Shown here piece after piece: positions 37,839-46,440 of a DNA stretch of 64,000 bases; the first letter of the stretch is position 1, and the number at the start of each line of letters is the position of its first letter. The translations under genes and the position numbers were made by a program. Source of the DNA: Planctomycetota bacterium (GTDB lineage: Bacteria > Planctomycetota > B15-G4 > JADJEK01). The DNA is taken from NCBI GenBank assembly GCA_044225365.1, contig JBGAIQ010000003.1, positions 64,001-128,000 on the forward strand, written 5' to 3'. The notes beneath the pieces were generated by a model. That model searched no databases and had not been told where the DNA came from. It was given only the letters and a program-made list of their open reading frames with translations.

Positions 37839-39334
37839 ACGAACACAGTGCACCACCCTCCCTGCTCGACCTCGACTTCGTGCGAATCGATCCTTCGCTC
37901 GCGCGACGCGTCCCCGCGACGCTCGCGTTGCGGCGTGGGCTCGTGCTCTTCGGAGAGCGCGACGGGAACCTGCTCCTCGCCTGCAGGGATGCGGAGGATC
38001 AAAGCGCGATCGAGGTCGTCGAGCGAATCGCGTCCACGCTCGGCCGTGGGCTCATGACGCTCGTCGCCGAACCGTCGTCGATCGATCGCGCGCTCCACCG
38101 CGTGCATCCCGGTCTCTCGTCCGCCGCCGACTCGCTCGCTCGCGCGCGCGACGGCGCCACGCAGGACCCGACCAACCCGGTCCATCTCGTCGAGCGGCTG
38201 CTCGCCGACGCGATCTCCGAACAGGCGAGCGACATCCATCTCGAACCTGCTTCGGATGCGTGCAGTGTGCGCTTTCGCGTCGACGGCGTACTCGAGGAGC
38301 GCGCGCCGATCGCGAACGATCTCGCGGCGGGCATCCTCAATCGATTGAAAGTGCTCGGCGGACTCGACATCGCGGAACGCCGACTCCCCCAGGACGGCCG
38401 CTTCAGCTGGAGCTTCGGCGGAGGAGCGTCCACGTCGGTCGACGTGCGCCTCGCGATCCTCCCGGTGCGCCATGGCGAGCGTGTGACATTGCGCATCCTC
38501 GCCCAGAACGCGGCCGCCCTCACTTTGAAGCGCGTGGGGATGAGCGACTCGGACTTTGAGCTGTTCCGCGCCGAGATCGAACGACCGCACGGCATGCTCC
38601 TGCTCACCGGACCGACTGGTAGCGGAAAGACCACCACGCTGTATGCCGCCCTGCGCGGAATCGAGACGCGGAAGCGCAACGTCCTCACGATCGAGGATCC
38701 CGTCGAGTACGGCATTCCCGGCGTCTCGCAAGCCGAGGTCGACTCGGATCACGGGGTCAGCTTCGCCTCCGCATTGCGTTCGGTGCTTCGACACGATCCC
38801 GACGTGATTCTCGTCGGAGAGATCCGCGATCTCGAAACGGCGGACACCGCCATCAAGGCGTCGTTGACGGGACACCTGCTTCTCTCGACGCTCCACACGA
38901 ACTCGGCCGTCTCCGCGGTGACGCGATTGCACGACATGGGGATCCCGCGGTTCCTGATCGCGGCGACCGCTCGGCTCTACGTCGCGCAGCGACTCGTCCG
39001 AAGATTGTGCGCGTACTGTCGGCGTGCGGAGACGATCTCCGCCGCGCAAGCGAAGTGCTTCGGCGAACCCGAACTCGAAGGACGCATGGTCGCGTCTCCG
39101 CAAGGTTGCGGATTCTGTCGTGGGACGGGCTATGCGGGCCGGATCGGCCTTTTCGAGTTGTTCCGGCCGGACGCCGAGATCACCTCGCGCATCGCGGCGG
39201 GCGCCTCGGAGGACGAACTGCGCCACATGGCCAGCGAACGCGGCCAGCGCACCTTGCGCGACGACGCACTCGACAAAGTGCTCGCCAGCGTTACGTCGAT
39301 CTCCGAGGCGCTGCGCGCCGTCGAGATGAGCTGA
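37835..39334 (+). CDS. gspE: GspE/PilB-family assembly ATPase
   Basis: ASDIHLEP, LDIAERRLPQDG, GPTGSGKTTT, TIEDPVEY, LRHDPDVILVGEIRD, TGHLLLSTLH, CxxC...CxxC zinc motif, GYAGR. Confidence 0.93.
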   Translation: MNEHSAPPSLLDLDFVRIDPSLARRVPATLALRRGLVLFGERDGNLLLACRDAEDQSAIEVVERIASTLGRGLMTLVAEPSSIDRALHRVHPGLSSAADSLARARDGATQDPTNPVHLVERLLADAISEQASDIHLEPASDACSVRFRVDGVLEERAPIANDLAAGILNRLKVLGGLDIAERRLPQDGRFSWSFGGGASTSVDVRLAILPVRHGERVTLRILAQNAAALTLKRVGMSDSDFELFRAEIERPHGMLLLTGPTGSGKTTTLYAALRGIETRKRNVLTIEDPVEYGIPGVSQAEVDSDHGVSFASALRSVLRHDPDVILVGEIRDLETADTAIKASLTGHLLLSTLHTNSAVSAVTRLHDMGIPRFLIAATARLYVAQRLVRRLCAYCRRAETISAAQAKCFGEPELEGRMVASPQGCGFCRGTGYAGRIGLFELFRPDAEITSRIAAGASEDELRHMASERGQRTLRDDALDKVLASVTSISEALRAVEMS

Positions 39335-39345
39335 GGGCGGCGACG

Positions 39346-40563
39346 ATGGCGACCTTCACGTTCAAAGCAAGACAGCGCGACGGTGGCGAGGAGCGCGGCG
39401 TCATGGAAGCCGCCGATCCCGGCGCGCTCGCCGCGCGCCTGCGGGATCGCGGCCTCCTCGTGCTCGAAGTCACGCCATCGAACGAACGGCGACGCGTCCA
39501 TCGTCACGAACCCGCCCCGCCATTCGCACGGAAACCCGCGTTGCAGGACGTCGAGAACGCGTTGCGCCAGCTCGCGCTGCTCCTGTCGTCCGGCGTCTCG
39601 CTGGTCGAATCGCTCGAGACGATCGCGGAGAATTCGCGCAGTCGACGCTTCGCCTTCGTCGCGCGGCGAATTCGCGTGCGCGTCGAGAGCGGCGACACGC
39701 TCCATGAGTCCTTCGCGCGCCATCCGGAGATCTTCTCGCCGCTCGTCGTCGAACTCGTTCGCGCGGGCGAGCAGTCCGGCACGCTCGAACTCGCGCTCGA
39801 GCGTTCTGCGGTGCATCTCGAGCAGCGCCGCAACATCCGTTCGGCCGTCCTCTCCGCGATGATGTACCCGCTGCTCGTCGTCGTGATGACGTCGATCGTC
39901 GCGGGCATCATGGTCGTGAAGGTGATTCCGGAGCTCGAGAAGTTCCTGCTCTCCTCGCACCAACGCCTCCCCGCGATCACACGCGCGCTCCTGTCGTTCA
40001 CTCACGTCGTCGACGCGTACGGCGCCTACGCCGTGACAATGTTCCTCGCGAGCGTCGTCGCGATCATCGCCTTCGAACGCTACGAACCGACCCGCGCGGT
40101 GCTCGACCGCATCACGTTCTCGATCCCGTTCCTGAGGAGAGTGCGCATCCTCGGTTCGACGGCGTTGTTCGCGCGCACCCTCGGCACCCTGGTCGAGAGC
40201 GGCATTCCCCTCACGATCGCATTGGAGACGAGTGAACGGATCCTCGCGCGGCCCACTCCGAGGCGTGCGATCGCGCGTGCGCGCGAAGGCGTGCTGCGCG
40301 GCGATCCCCTCTTCAAGAATCTCCTCGGGACGATCGCGTTCGCTCCGATGTTGCCGCGTCTCATTCGCGTCGGCGAGGCCAGCGGTTCGCTCGATCGCGT
40401 GCTCCTCGAATCGGCGCGCTTCCACGAGCTCGAGCTCGCAGCGTGGATCAAGCGCGCATCCCTCATCATCGAGCCGCTCATCACGATCCTCGTCGGGTCG
40501 ATCGTCGGCTTCGTCTACACGGCGTTCTTCGCCGCGCTGTTCTCGCTCGCCGGAGGTGGCTGA
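39346..40563 (+). CDS. gspf: GspF/PilC-family inner-membrane platform protein
   Basis: MATFTFKA..., LALLLSSGVSL, GEQSGTL, AMMYP, GEASGSLD, IEP. Confidence 0.92.
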   Translation: MATFTFKARQRDGGEERGVMEAADPGALAARLRDRGLLVLEVTPSNERRRVHRHEPAPPFARKPALQDVENALRQLALLLSSGVSLVESLETIAENSRSRRFAFVARRIRVRVESGDTLHESFARHPEIFSPLVVELVRAGEQSGTLELALERSAVHLEQRRNIRSAVLSAMMYPLLVVVMTSIVAGIMVVKVIPELEKFLLSSHQRLPAITRALLSFTHVVDAYGAYAVTMFLASVVAIIAFERYEPTRAVLDRITFSIPFLRRVRILGSTALFARTLGTLVESGIPLTIALETSERILARPTPRRAIARAREGVLRGDPLFKNLLGTIAFAPMLPRLIRVGEASGSLDRVLLESARFHELELAAWIKRASLIIEPLITILVGSIVGFVYTAFFAALFSLAGGG

Positions 40564-41054
40564 TGTCGTTCCTGCCCTCGTTGCTGTTCGCGCTCCTCGT
40601 GGGCCCGATGCCGGACCCGCAGAACGGGCCGCCTCCGACGTCTCCGGCGAAACCCGATCCGTTCGCGGTCGACGACACGCTCCGCAAGGCGCTCGGCGCG
40701 AATTCCCAGGACGGCTTCGAGAAACTCGAATCGAAGCCCACATTGCCGAAGATGAAGCTGAAGGGGTACCTGGCGATGGCAGGCAAGCCCTCTCCCGCAG
40801 TGGCGATCGAGATCGACGGCGTCGGCACCTACGTGGCGCGCAAGGACAGCAAGATCGCCTTCTCGCTCTCCGGCCGATTCGCGACGGCAGCGCCAAAGAC
40901 CCCGGCAGCGGAGAGCGGGCCTTCCAAGACGCCCGAAGCGTCGCGCGTGGTCGTTCGTGAGCAAATGCCGATCGTGCTCCTCGTCAAGGACATCTCACCC
41001 GAAGGTGTCGTCGTCGAAGTCGGAACGCTCGGCGAGACCCTGGTGATCCGATGA
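40563..41054 (+). CDS. GspC/PilP-like periplasmic protein
   Basis: Signal/TM, DPF motif, MKLKGY...VAIEIDG...LVKDISPEGVVV; directly upstream of the secretin. Confidence 0.55.
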   Translation: MSFLPSLLFALLVGPMPDPQNGPPPTSPAKPDPFAVDDTLRKALGANSQDGFEKLESKPTLPKMKLKGYLAMAGKPSPAVAIEIDGVGTYVARKDSKIAFSLSGRFATAAPKTPAAESGPSKTPEASRVVVREQMPIVLLVKDISPEGVVVEVGTLGETLVIR

Positions 41055-42874
41055 TCCGCGCCGTGCTCCTCGCACTCGCCCTCGCGCAACCCAGGGAAGG
41101 CGACGCGACCGGAATCGATGCCGTCATCGAGCGGCTCGACCTCTCCGCCGTCCGCGTCCAGGATGCCCTTCGCCTCCTGTCCGAGGAGAGCGGCGTCAAC
41201 TTCACGGCTTCCGCCGAAGCCGCGGGAAAGTCCGTCACCACGTTCCTCCAGCACGTGACGGTGAGGCAGGCCGTCGAAGCGATCGCGAAGAGCAACGGCC
41301 TGTGGTACCGCATCGAGCCCGAGACCGGACTCGTGCGAATCATGACGAGCCGGGAGTTCGAACAGGATCTCGTGCTGTTCCGCGATCAGACGACGCGCGT
41401 GTACACGCTGCTCTATCCGAATGCGCGGGAGATCGCCCTCGCGATCAAGAACCTCTACGGCGACCGCGTCGAACTCTCGCTCGACGAGGACTCGCGATCC
41501 GACGATTTCGACGAGCTCCGCGACCGCTTCCAGCGCTTCGATCTCCTCGAGCAGCGCGCGCAGAGCCTCGGCATCTTCGCGGGCGGCGGGACGAATACGG
41601 TGGGCTCGAACGGGCTCCTCTCGGGGGGGAGCGATGGCAGCAGCAGCGCGTTCCTACGTTCGAACAGCGCGGGTTTCACGCACCAGCCGACCACGAAGTC
41701 GAACGAAGGAAACTCCACGCCGAACGAGAAGCCTCGGACCGAGCTCACTCCGGAGATGCTCGGACAGCTCCAGAAAGCGGTCGAGTCCGGCGGCGAGCAA
41801 GGCGTCGACTCGAACCTCCTGAAGGATCTGCGCGGCGCACCGGCATCGATCTTCGTCACCGTGATGCGGCGCACGCATCGCATCGTGATCCGCTCGTCCG
41901 ACCGCGCGGCGGTCGACGAGATCGAACAGCTCGTCCAGCAGCTCGACGTCCCGACGCCGCAGGTCCTGATGGAGCTGAAGATCCTCTCGATCGATCTCGC
42001 CGACGACTTCCAGTCGGTGTTCGATTTCAAGTACACCGGCGGATCGGACAAGGTGTCGTTCCTCGCGGGATCGACGGGAGCGTCGATCGATCCGAGCGCG
42101 CTCGTGTACCAGTACGTGGACGATCACTTCAAGACGAGGCTCGAACTCCTCGAGGACCGCGGCCGCGTCACCACGCTCGCTACGCCGCTCCTGCTCGTCT
42201 CGAACAACGAGGTCGCGAGGCTCTTCGTCGGCGAGGAGCGGCCGATCGTCCGCAACATCTCGAGTCAGACCACGATCTCGCAGAACGTCGCGGCCGACAG
42301 CGGCTCCGCGACGGTCGAGATCCGCCCGATCGGAACGACCCTGCTCCTCACGCCGAACATCAACGCCGATCGTACGGTGACGGTGCGCGTCGTCCAGGAG
42401 ACCTCGACCGTGAAGGAGAAGGACGCCGAGATCCCAGTGGTCGTCAACGAGAACCTCGTCTCGTTCCCCGTCGACGTCGTTGCCTCGCGCACCGTGAACG
42501 CGACGATCGTCGCCAAGGACGGGCTCTCCGTCGCGCTCGGCGGTCTCATCGAGGAACGCGTTCGCAAGGACCGCAACGGCGTACCTTGGCTGATGGACCT
42601 CCCGGGTCTCGGGTTCTTCTTCCGACGCGAGCAGGACGTGCGCCAGCGCTCCGAGCTCCTCGTCGTGATCAAACCGCTCGTCCTGTTCACGGCCGAGGAG
42701 GGTCTCGCGCGATCCCGCGACGCCGCCGCGCGCCTCTCGATCCATCCGTCCGCCGCGACGCTCGGCGAGAAGCAGCTCGGCACGTTCGCTCCGCACGAGG
42801 CGCCGACCGGTGGACGAGATCACGATTCGCTCCAGGATCTCGAACTGCTCGGCGCACGCGGAGGCAAGCGATGA
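41051..42874 (+). CDS. gspD: Secretin (GspD/PilQ family)
   Basis: N0-like domain, one N3-like domain with a Ser/Gly-rich insert, QLDVPTPQVLME, ATPLLLVSNNEVA, GTTLLLTPNIN, LGGLI, VPWLMDLPGLGFFFR, SELLVVIKP. Confidence 0.9.
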   Translation: MIRAVLLALALAQPREGDATGIDAVIERLDLSAVRVQDALRLLSEESGVNFTASAEAAGKSVTTFLQHVTVRQAVEAIAKSNGLWYRIEPETGLVRIMTSREFEQDLVLFRDQTTRVYTLLYPNAREIALAIKNLYGDRVELSLDEDSRSDDFDELRDRFQRFDLLEQRAQSLGIFAGGGTNTVGSNGLLSGGSDGSSSAFLRSNSAGFTHQPTTKSNEGNSTPNEKPRTELTPEMLGQLQKAVESGGEQGVDSNLLKDLRGAPASIFVTVMRRTHRIVIRSSDRAAVDEIEQLVQQLDVPTPQVLMELKILSIDLADDFQSVFDFKYTGGSDKVSFLAGSTGASIDPSALVYQYVDDHFKTRLELLEDRGRVTTLATPLLLVSNNEVARLFVGEERPIVRNISSQTTISQNVAADSGSATVEIRPIGTTLLLTPNINADRTVTVRVVQETSTVKEKDAEIPVVVNENLVSFPVDVVASRTVNATIVAKDGLSVALGGLIEERVRKDRNGVPWLMDLPGLGFFFRREQDVRQRSELLVVIKPLVLFTAEEGLARSRDAAARLSIHPSAATLGEKQLGTFAPHEAPTGGRDHDSLQDLELLGARGGKR

Positions 42875-43545
42875 TCGCGATGCGTGCCCTCACCGTCGGC
42901 GTCGTGCTCGCCGCTTCGGCGTGCGTGACGGAGCCCGCGTCCGATCCACCCGCGACCTCCGCTCGATCGAAGGACGTCGTCGTCGACGGCAACGTCGTCG
43001 CCGAACGCGCGGCGGCTGCGCCGAGCGACGAGGCCGCCGCGCTCGGCGCGAAACTCATCGCGGACGGCGAATACGCTTCGGCGCTCGTCGTGCTTCGCAT
43101 CGCGGAGGACAAGGATCCGTCGGCACGCAACGACCTGCGGATCGAGGAGGCGCGGGCGCTCCATCTCCAGTCGATGCACGGGTCGGCGCTCGCCCTCCTC
43201 GCCACCGTGGTCGACGAGGCCGAGAACGACGCCGTGCGTCGCCGGGCGCTCGGACTCGCGGGCACGATCCACGCCGCGACCGGCGATCTCGTACGCGCCG
43301 AGCAGGAACTGCGACGGAGTCTCCATGCCGATGATTCGTGGAAGGGAGCCACCCGCGCGCTGTCGGACCTCGGTGTCGTCCTCCTGCGCGAGGGCAAGCG
43401 CGACGAAGGCGTGAACACGCTCCTGCTCGCCCGCCGCCGCTTCCTGGCCGAGGACGACGCGGAAGGCGCCGCCGCGGTCGAACGCAATCTGATGCGCGCG
43501 AGCGTGAAGGCCCCCTACCCGCCGCCCATGCCCTCTTGGCCCTGA
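42871..43545 (+). CDS. TPR-like lipoprotein (candidate pilotin)
   Basis: ATG 42871 (ATGA overlap); lipobox-like VLAASA-C; helical TPR-like repeats. Confidence 0.65.
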   Translation: MIAMRALTVGVVLAASACVTEPASDPPATSARSKDVVVDGNVVAERAAAAPSDEAAALGAKLIADGEYASALVVLRIAEDKDPSARNDLRIEEARALHLQSMHGSALALLATVVDEAENDAVRRRALGLAGTIHAATGDLVRAEQELRRSLHADDSWKGATRALSDLGVVLLREGKRDEGVNTLLLARRRFLAEDDAEGAAAVERNLMRASVKAPYPPPMPSWP

Positions 43546-43580
43546 AGCCTCGATCCACACCCTTCGTGGGCCCACCGCCG

Positions 43581-43620
43581 TCTTTCGCTTCCGCGCGATC
43601 GTCGGCAGAATGCCCGGCGC
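43581..43620 (+). promoter_or_regulatory. Conserved upstream motif of the M48 paralogs, copy 1
   Basis: 33 of 40 nt identical to 46225-46264; contains TTCGCT-N16-CAGAAT. Confidence 0.55.
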
Positions 43621-43741
43621 GTCGAGATAGGCTCCTCCGAATCGACGGCGGGAAGGACCCCTCGAGAGATGGACGAATGCGCGCCGCGTCAGGATATGAA
43701 ATCGCGTCGCTCCGTGAGCTTGGGCGAGGTCGCGTTGCGGC

Positions 43742-46183
43742 ATGCGTAGGATCGCGCTCGCCCTGACTGCACTTCTCTGCTGGATCGGAGGATTCCATAT
43801 CCTGTTCGGGGAGCCGAGCACGGCGGCGGATTGGCGACTCTACCTCGACTCCGGAGGCTGGAGAACCGTTCGGGGCGAGGTCACGTCGCGCACCGTCTCT
43901 CGACTTCGGGAGTTCTCACCCCCACCCGAATATCGATTCGTCGTTCATTATCGATACGAGGTCGAGGGTGCGTCCTACTCGAGCGACCGTTATTACATCG
44001 ACGGCACGTCGCTTCGCGTCATGCAACCCGACATCCCCAAGTACACCGCTGCGTTTCGCGACGGAACGTCGATTCTCATCGATTACCGACGCGAGTCCCC
44101 TGGGTTCTCCGTAATCGACCGTAGGGCCACTCGATCGATGACCGCTCGAGCCATCGGTGGGCTCATCGGAATCCTACTCGGCGCGTTCCTTCTCTTTGCC
44201 GCAGTTCGCGCCTCGTCGCCGAGCCGCCCCTCGATCGTCGTGGACCCGCAAATGGGGTCGAAGGAAACCGGACCCGGGACGTTCCTCGTTCCAACCCTTG
44301 CCGAGGAGCAACGAATCGCGATCGCAAAGTCGATCGAACGCGAAGCAGCCACGAATCCGCGACTGTTTCGCCTGCGACTCTTCGGTCTCGGACTCCTTGG
44401 TCATGCCGTCGTAGCGGGCTTCGTTCTCACCTGCGTCGTCGCCTGCGCCTTGGTCGACTTCCTTTGCTTCGCCGCCAAGACCTACTGCTTCATCCTTCAC
44501 GCTACGGTTATCTTCGGCGTAGCCCTGTTCGTCGTCGTCCGAGCGCTCTGCTTTCGGCTGCCTGCCACAGAGGGCGTCTTGCTGTCGAAGAGCGATTGGC
44601 CAGATCTCCACGAGGAAGTCGAGCGACTCCGACGCGCGGTAGGAGCGCCTCGCATTCATCGAATCTATGCCTTGCGAGTATTCAACGCCCGCGCGAGCCA
44701 GACGCCGCGTCTTGGTCCGTTCGGTTTCTACAGCAATGAAGTGGCGCTAGGGCTCCCACTGCTGTTCGGATTGTCGCGCGATGAATTCTGCGCAGTGCTC
44801 GCGCACGAACTCGGGCATATCAGTGCGCGTCACTCGCGATTCGGACGCCGAGTCTATCGAACGCGTCTGACGTGGTTACGTCTCGCAAGCCAACTGTCAC
44901 GGCAGCGGACATTCGGTTGGAGACTCTTCGTTCCGTTCTATCGGTGGTTCGCCGTTCGGTACGCGCTACGCGCTCTCGTCATTGCGAGGCAGTTCGAGCG
45001 TTGCGCGGACGAAGCTGCGTACGCAGTCGTCGGAGGCCGGATCGGCGTGGACGCACTCGTTCGGACTGCGCTTCAAGCCCATCGACTGGACGACGAGTTC
45101 TGGCCGACGCTCGACGTCACCGCCAAGAGAACCGAGAATCCGCCGAGCGATGTCTTCGATGCGATGCGGCAGTTTCTAGCGCGTCCGTTCGATCTCGCCT
45201 CGGCGTCGAAGACGCTCGGCGAACTACTCGAAACCACGCCAACGCCCGACGACACTCACCCCGCGCTTCGCGATCGAGTCGAGGCCGCCGCGGCGGAGCC
45301 TCGAGTGCCGCCGCCGTTCGAGCGAAGTGCGGCGATCGAGATACTCGGCGACCGCGTCGAGAAGCTGATCAAAGTCTTCAACGCCGAGTGGTGCGAGGCG
45401 ATCTCCCAGTCGTGGCGCGAGCGCGCCGCCGCCTACGGGAAACAGAAGGAGCAACTCGACCTCCTCGAGCAGAAGGGAGATGCTCGCACGATCGACGAGT
45501 CGCTCGAGCGCGCTCTCCTGCTCGAATCGACCGAAGGCGTCCGATCGTCGCTCCCGGTTCTACGCACTCTCGTGGAGGAACGTCCCGATCACGCCGTGGC
45601 CCACTTCGAGCTCGCCCGGACGGCTTTCGAGTGCGGTGAACCCGATGCCGAACGTCTCCTCGAGGATGTCACGAATCGCCATCGCAATTTCGCGCTTCTG
45701 ACCTGTCCGCTTCTCGTGCGCAGCTGCCGCCGCCGGGGCGATTCCAAGGCGGCCGATGCCTGGGGTCGGAGACTTCGGGACGAGTCGATCGAGGACGAAC
45801 TCGCGAACGCCGAACGATTGAGAATCACGGGAGGCAGCGGGAGGAACTTGTTCGTGCCCCACGATCTCTCGGCCGACACGATCGCTCGCATCCAGAACGA
45901 GCTGTCGAGATTCCCGGAAATTGCGAAGGCGTTCGTGATGAAACGGCTCCTCACGCATCGACCCGAGCGCGAGCAGTACGTTTTCGCCCTCGCTACCAAG
46001 CCTGGTTTCGCGAACATCTTGCGTTCCACCCGCCGCAATCGGGACCACGCGCTGTTGGCATTGGTTGCGAGGCAGGCCCAACTTCCGGAGTCGATCCTGG
46101 TGGTGCTCAATTCGATTCCGGCACAAATCCACAAGGAACTCCTCGCCATCGCGAAGACACCCTTCTTCGAGCGCGTGACGTGA
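43742..46183 (+). CDS. DUF3592-like domain + M48 (HtpX-like) zinc metalloprotease + TPR-like C-terminus
   Basis: VHYRYEVEGASYSSDRY between TMs; FNARA, LGLPLL, VLAHELGH (HExxH), FERCADE, DTHP. Confidence 0.85.
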   Translation: MRRIALALTALLCWIGGFHILFGEPSTAADWRLYLDSGGWRTVRGEVTSRTVSRLREFSPPPEYRFVVHYRYEVEGASYSSDRYYIDGTSLRVMQPDIPKYTAAFRDGTSILIDYRRESPGFSVIDRRATRSMTARAIGGLIGILLGAFLLFAAVRASSPSRPSIVVDPQMGSKETGPGTFLVPTLAEEQRIAIAKSIEREAATNPRLFRLRLFGLGLLGHAVVAGFVLTCVVACALVDFLCFAAKTYCFILHATVIFGVALFVVVRALCFRLPATEGVLLSKSDWPDLHEEVERLRRAVGAPRIHRIYALRVFNARASQTPRLGPFGFYSNEVALGLPLLFGLSRDEFCAVLAHELGHISARHSRFGRRVYRTRLTWLRLASQLSRQRTFGWRLFVPFYRWFAVRYALRALVIARQFERCADEAAYAVVGGRIGVDALVRTALQAHRLDDEFWPTLDVTAKRTENPPSDVFDAMRQFLARPFDLASASKTLGELLETTPTPDDTHPALRDRVEAAAAEPRVPPPFERSAAIEILGDRVEKLIKVFNAEWCEAISQSWRERAAAYGKQKEQLDLLEQKGDARTIDESLERALLLESTEGVRSSLPVLRTLVEERPDHAVAHFELARTAFECGEPDAERLLEDVTNRHRNFALLTCPLLVRSCRRRGDSKAADAWGRRLRDESIEDELANAERLRITGGSGRNLFVPHDLSADTIARIQNELSRFPEIAKAFVMKRLLTHRPEREQYVFALATKPGFANILRSTRRNRDHALLALVARQAQLPESILVVLNSIPAQIHKELLAIAKTPFFERVT

Positions 46184-46224
46184 CTCATCGTTTCGCGTCG
46201 TCGCACGTGACGACGTGCTTGCAC

Positions 46225-46264
46225 TCTTTCGCTACCGAAGGATCGACGGCAGAATGCTCGCCGC
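46225..46264 (+). promoter_or_regulatory. Conserved upstream motif of the M48 paralogs, copy 2
   Basis: TCTTTCGCTACCGAAGGATCGACGGCAGAATGCTCGCCGC versus TCTTTCGCTTCCGCGCGATCGTCGGCAGAATGCCCGGCGC at 43581. Confidence 0.55.
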
Positions 46265-46440
46265 CCCGCCGCATTGGGGGTCGCCCCGAGGATTCGGATC
46301 GGATGGGAACGGGAGAGTCGCGTCGCAGCCGTCGCCGTCTCGTCATCGGATTCTGTGCGACCGCGATCGCGTGTGCGTCGACGTGGGCGGTTGCCGTCGA
46401 CTGGCGGTAGACGGCGCCCGCGAACGGCCTCACGAAGTTC

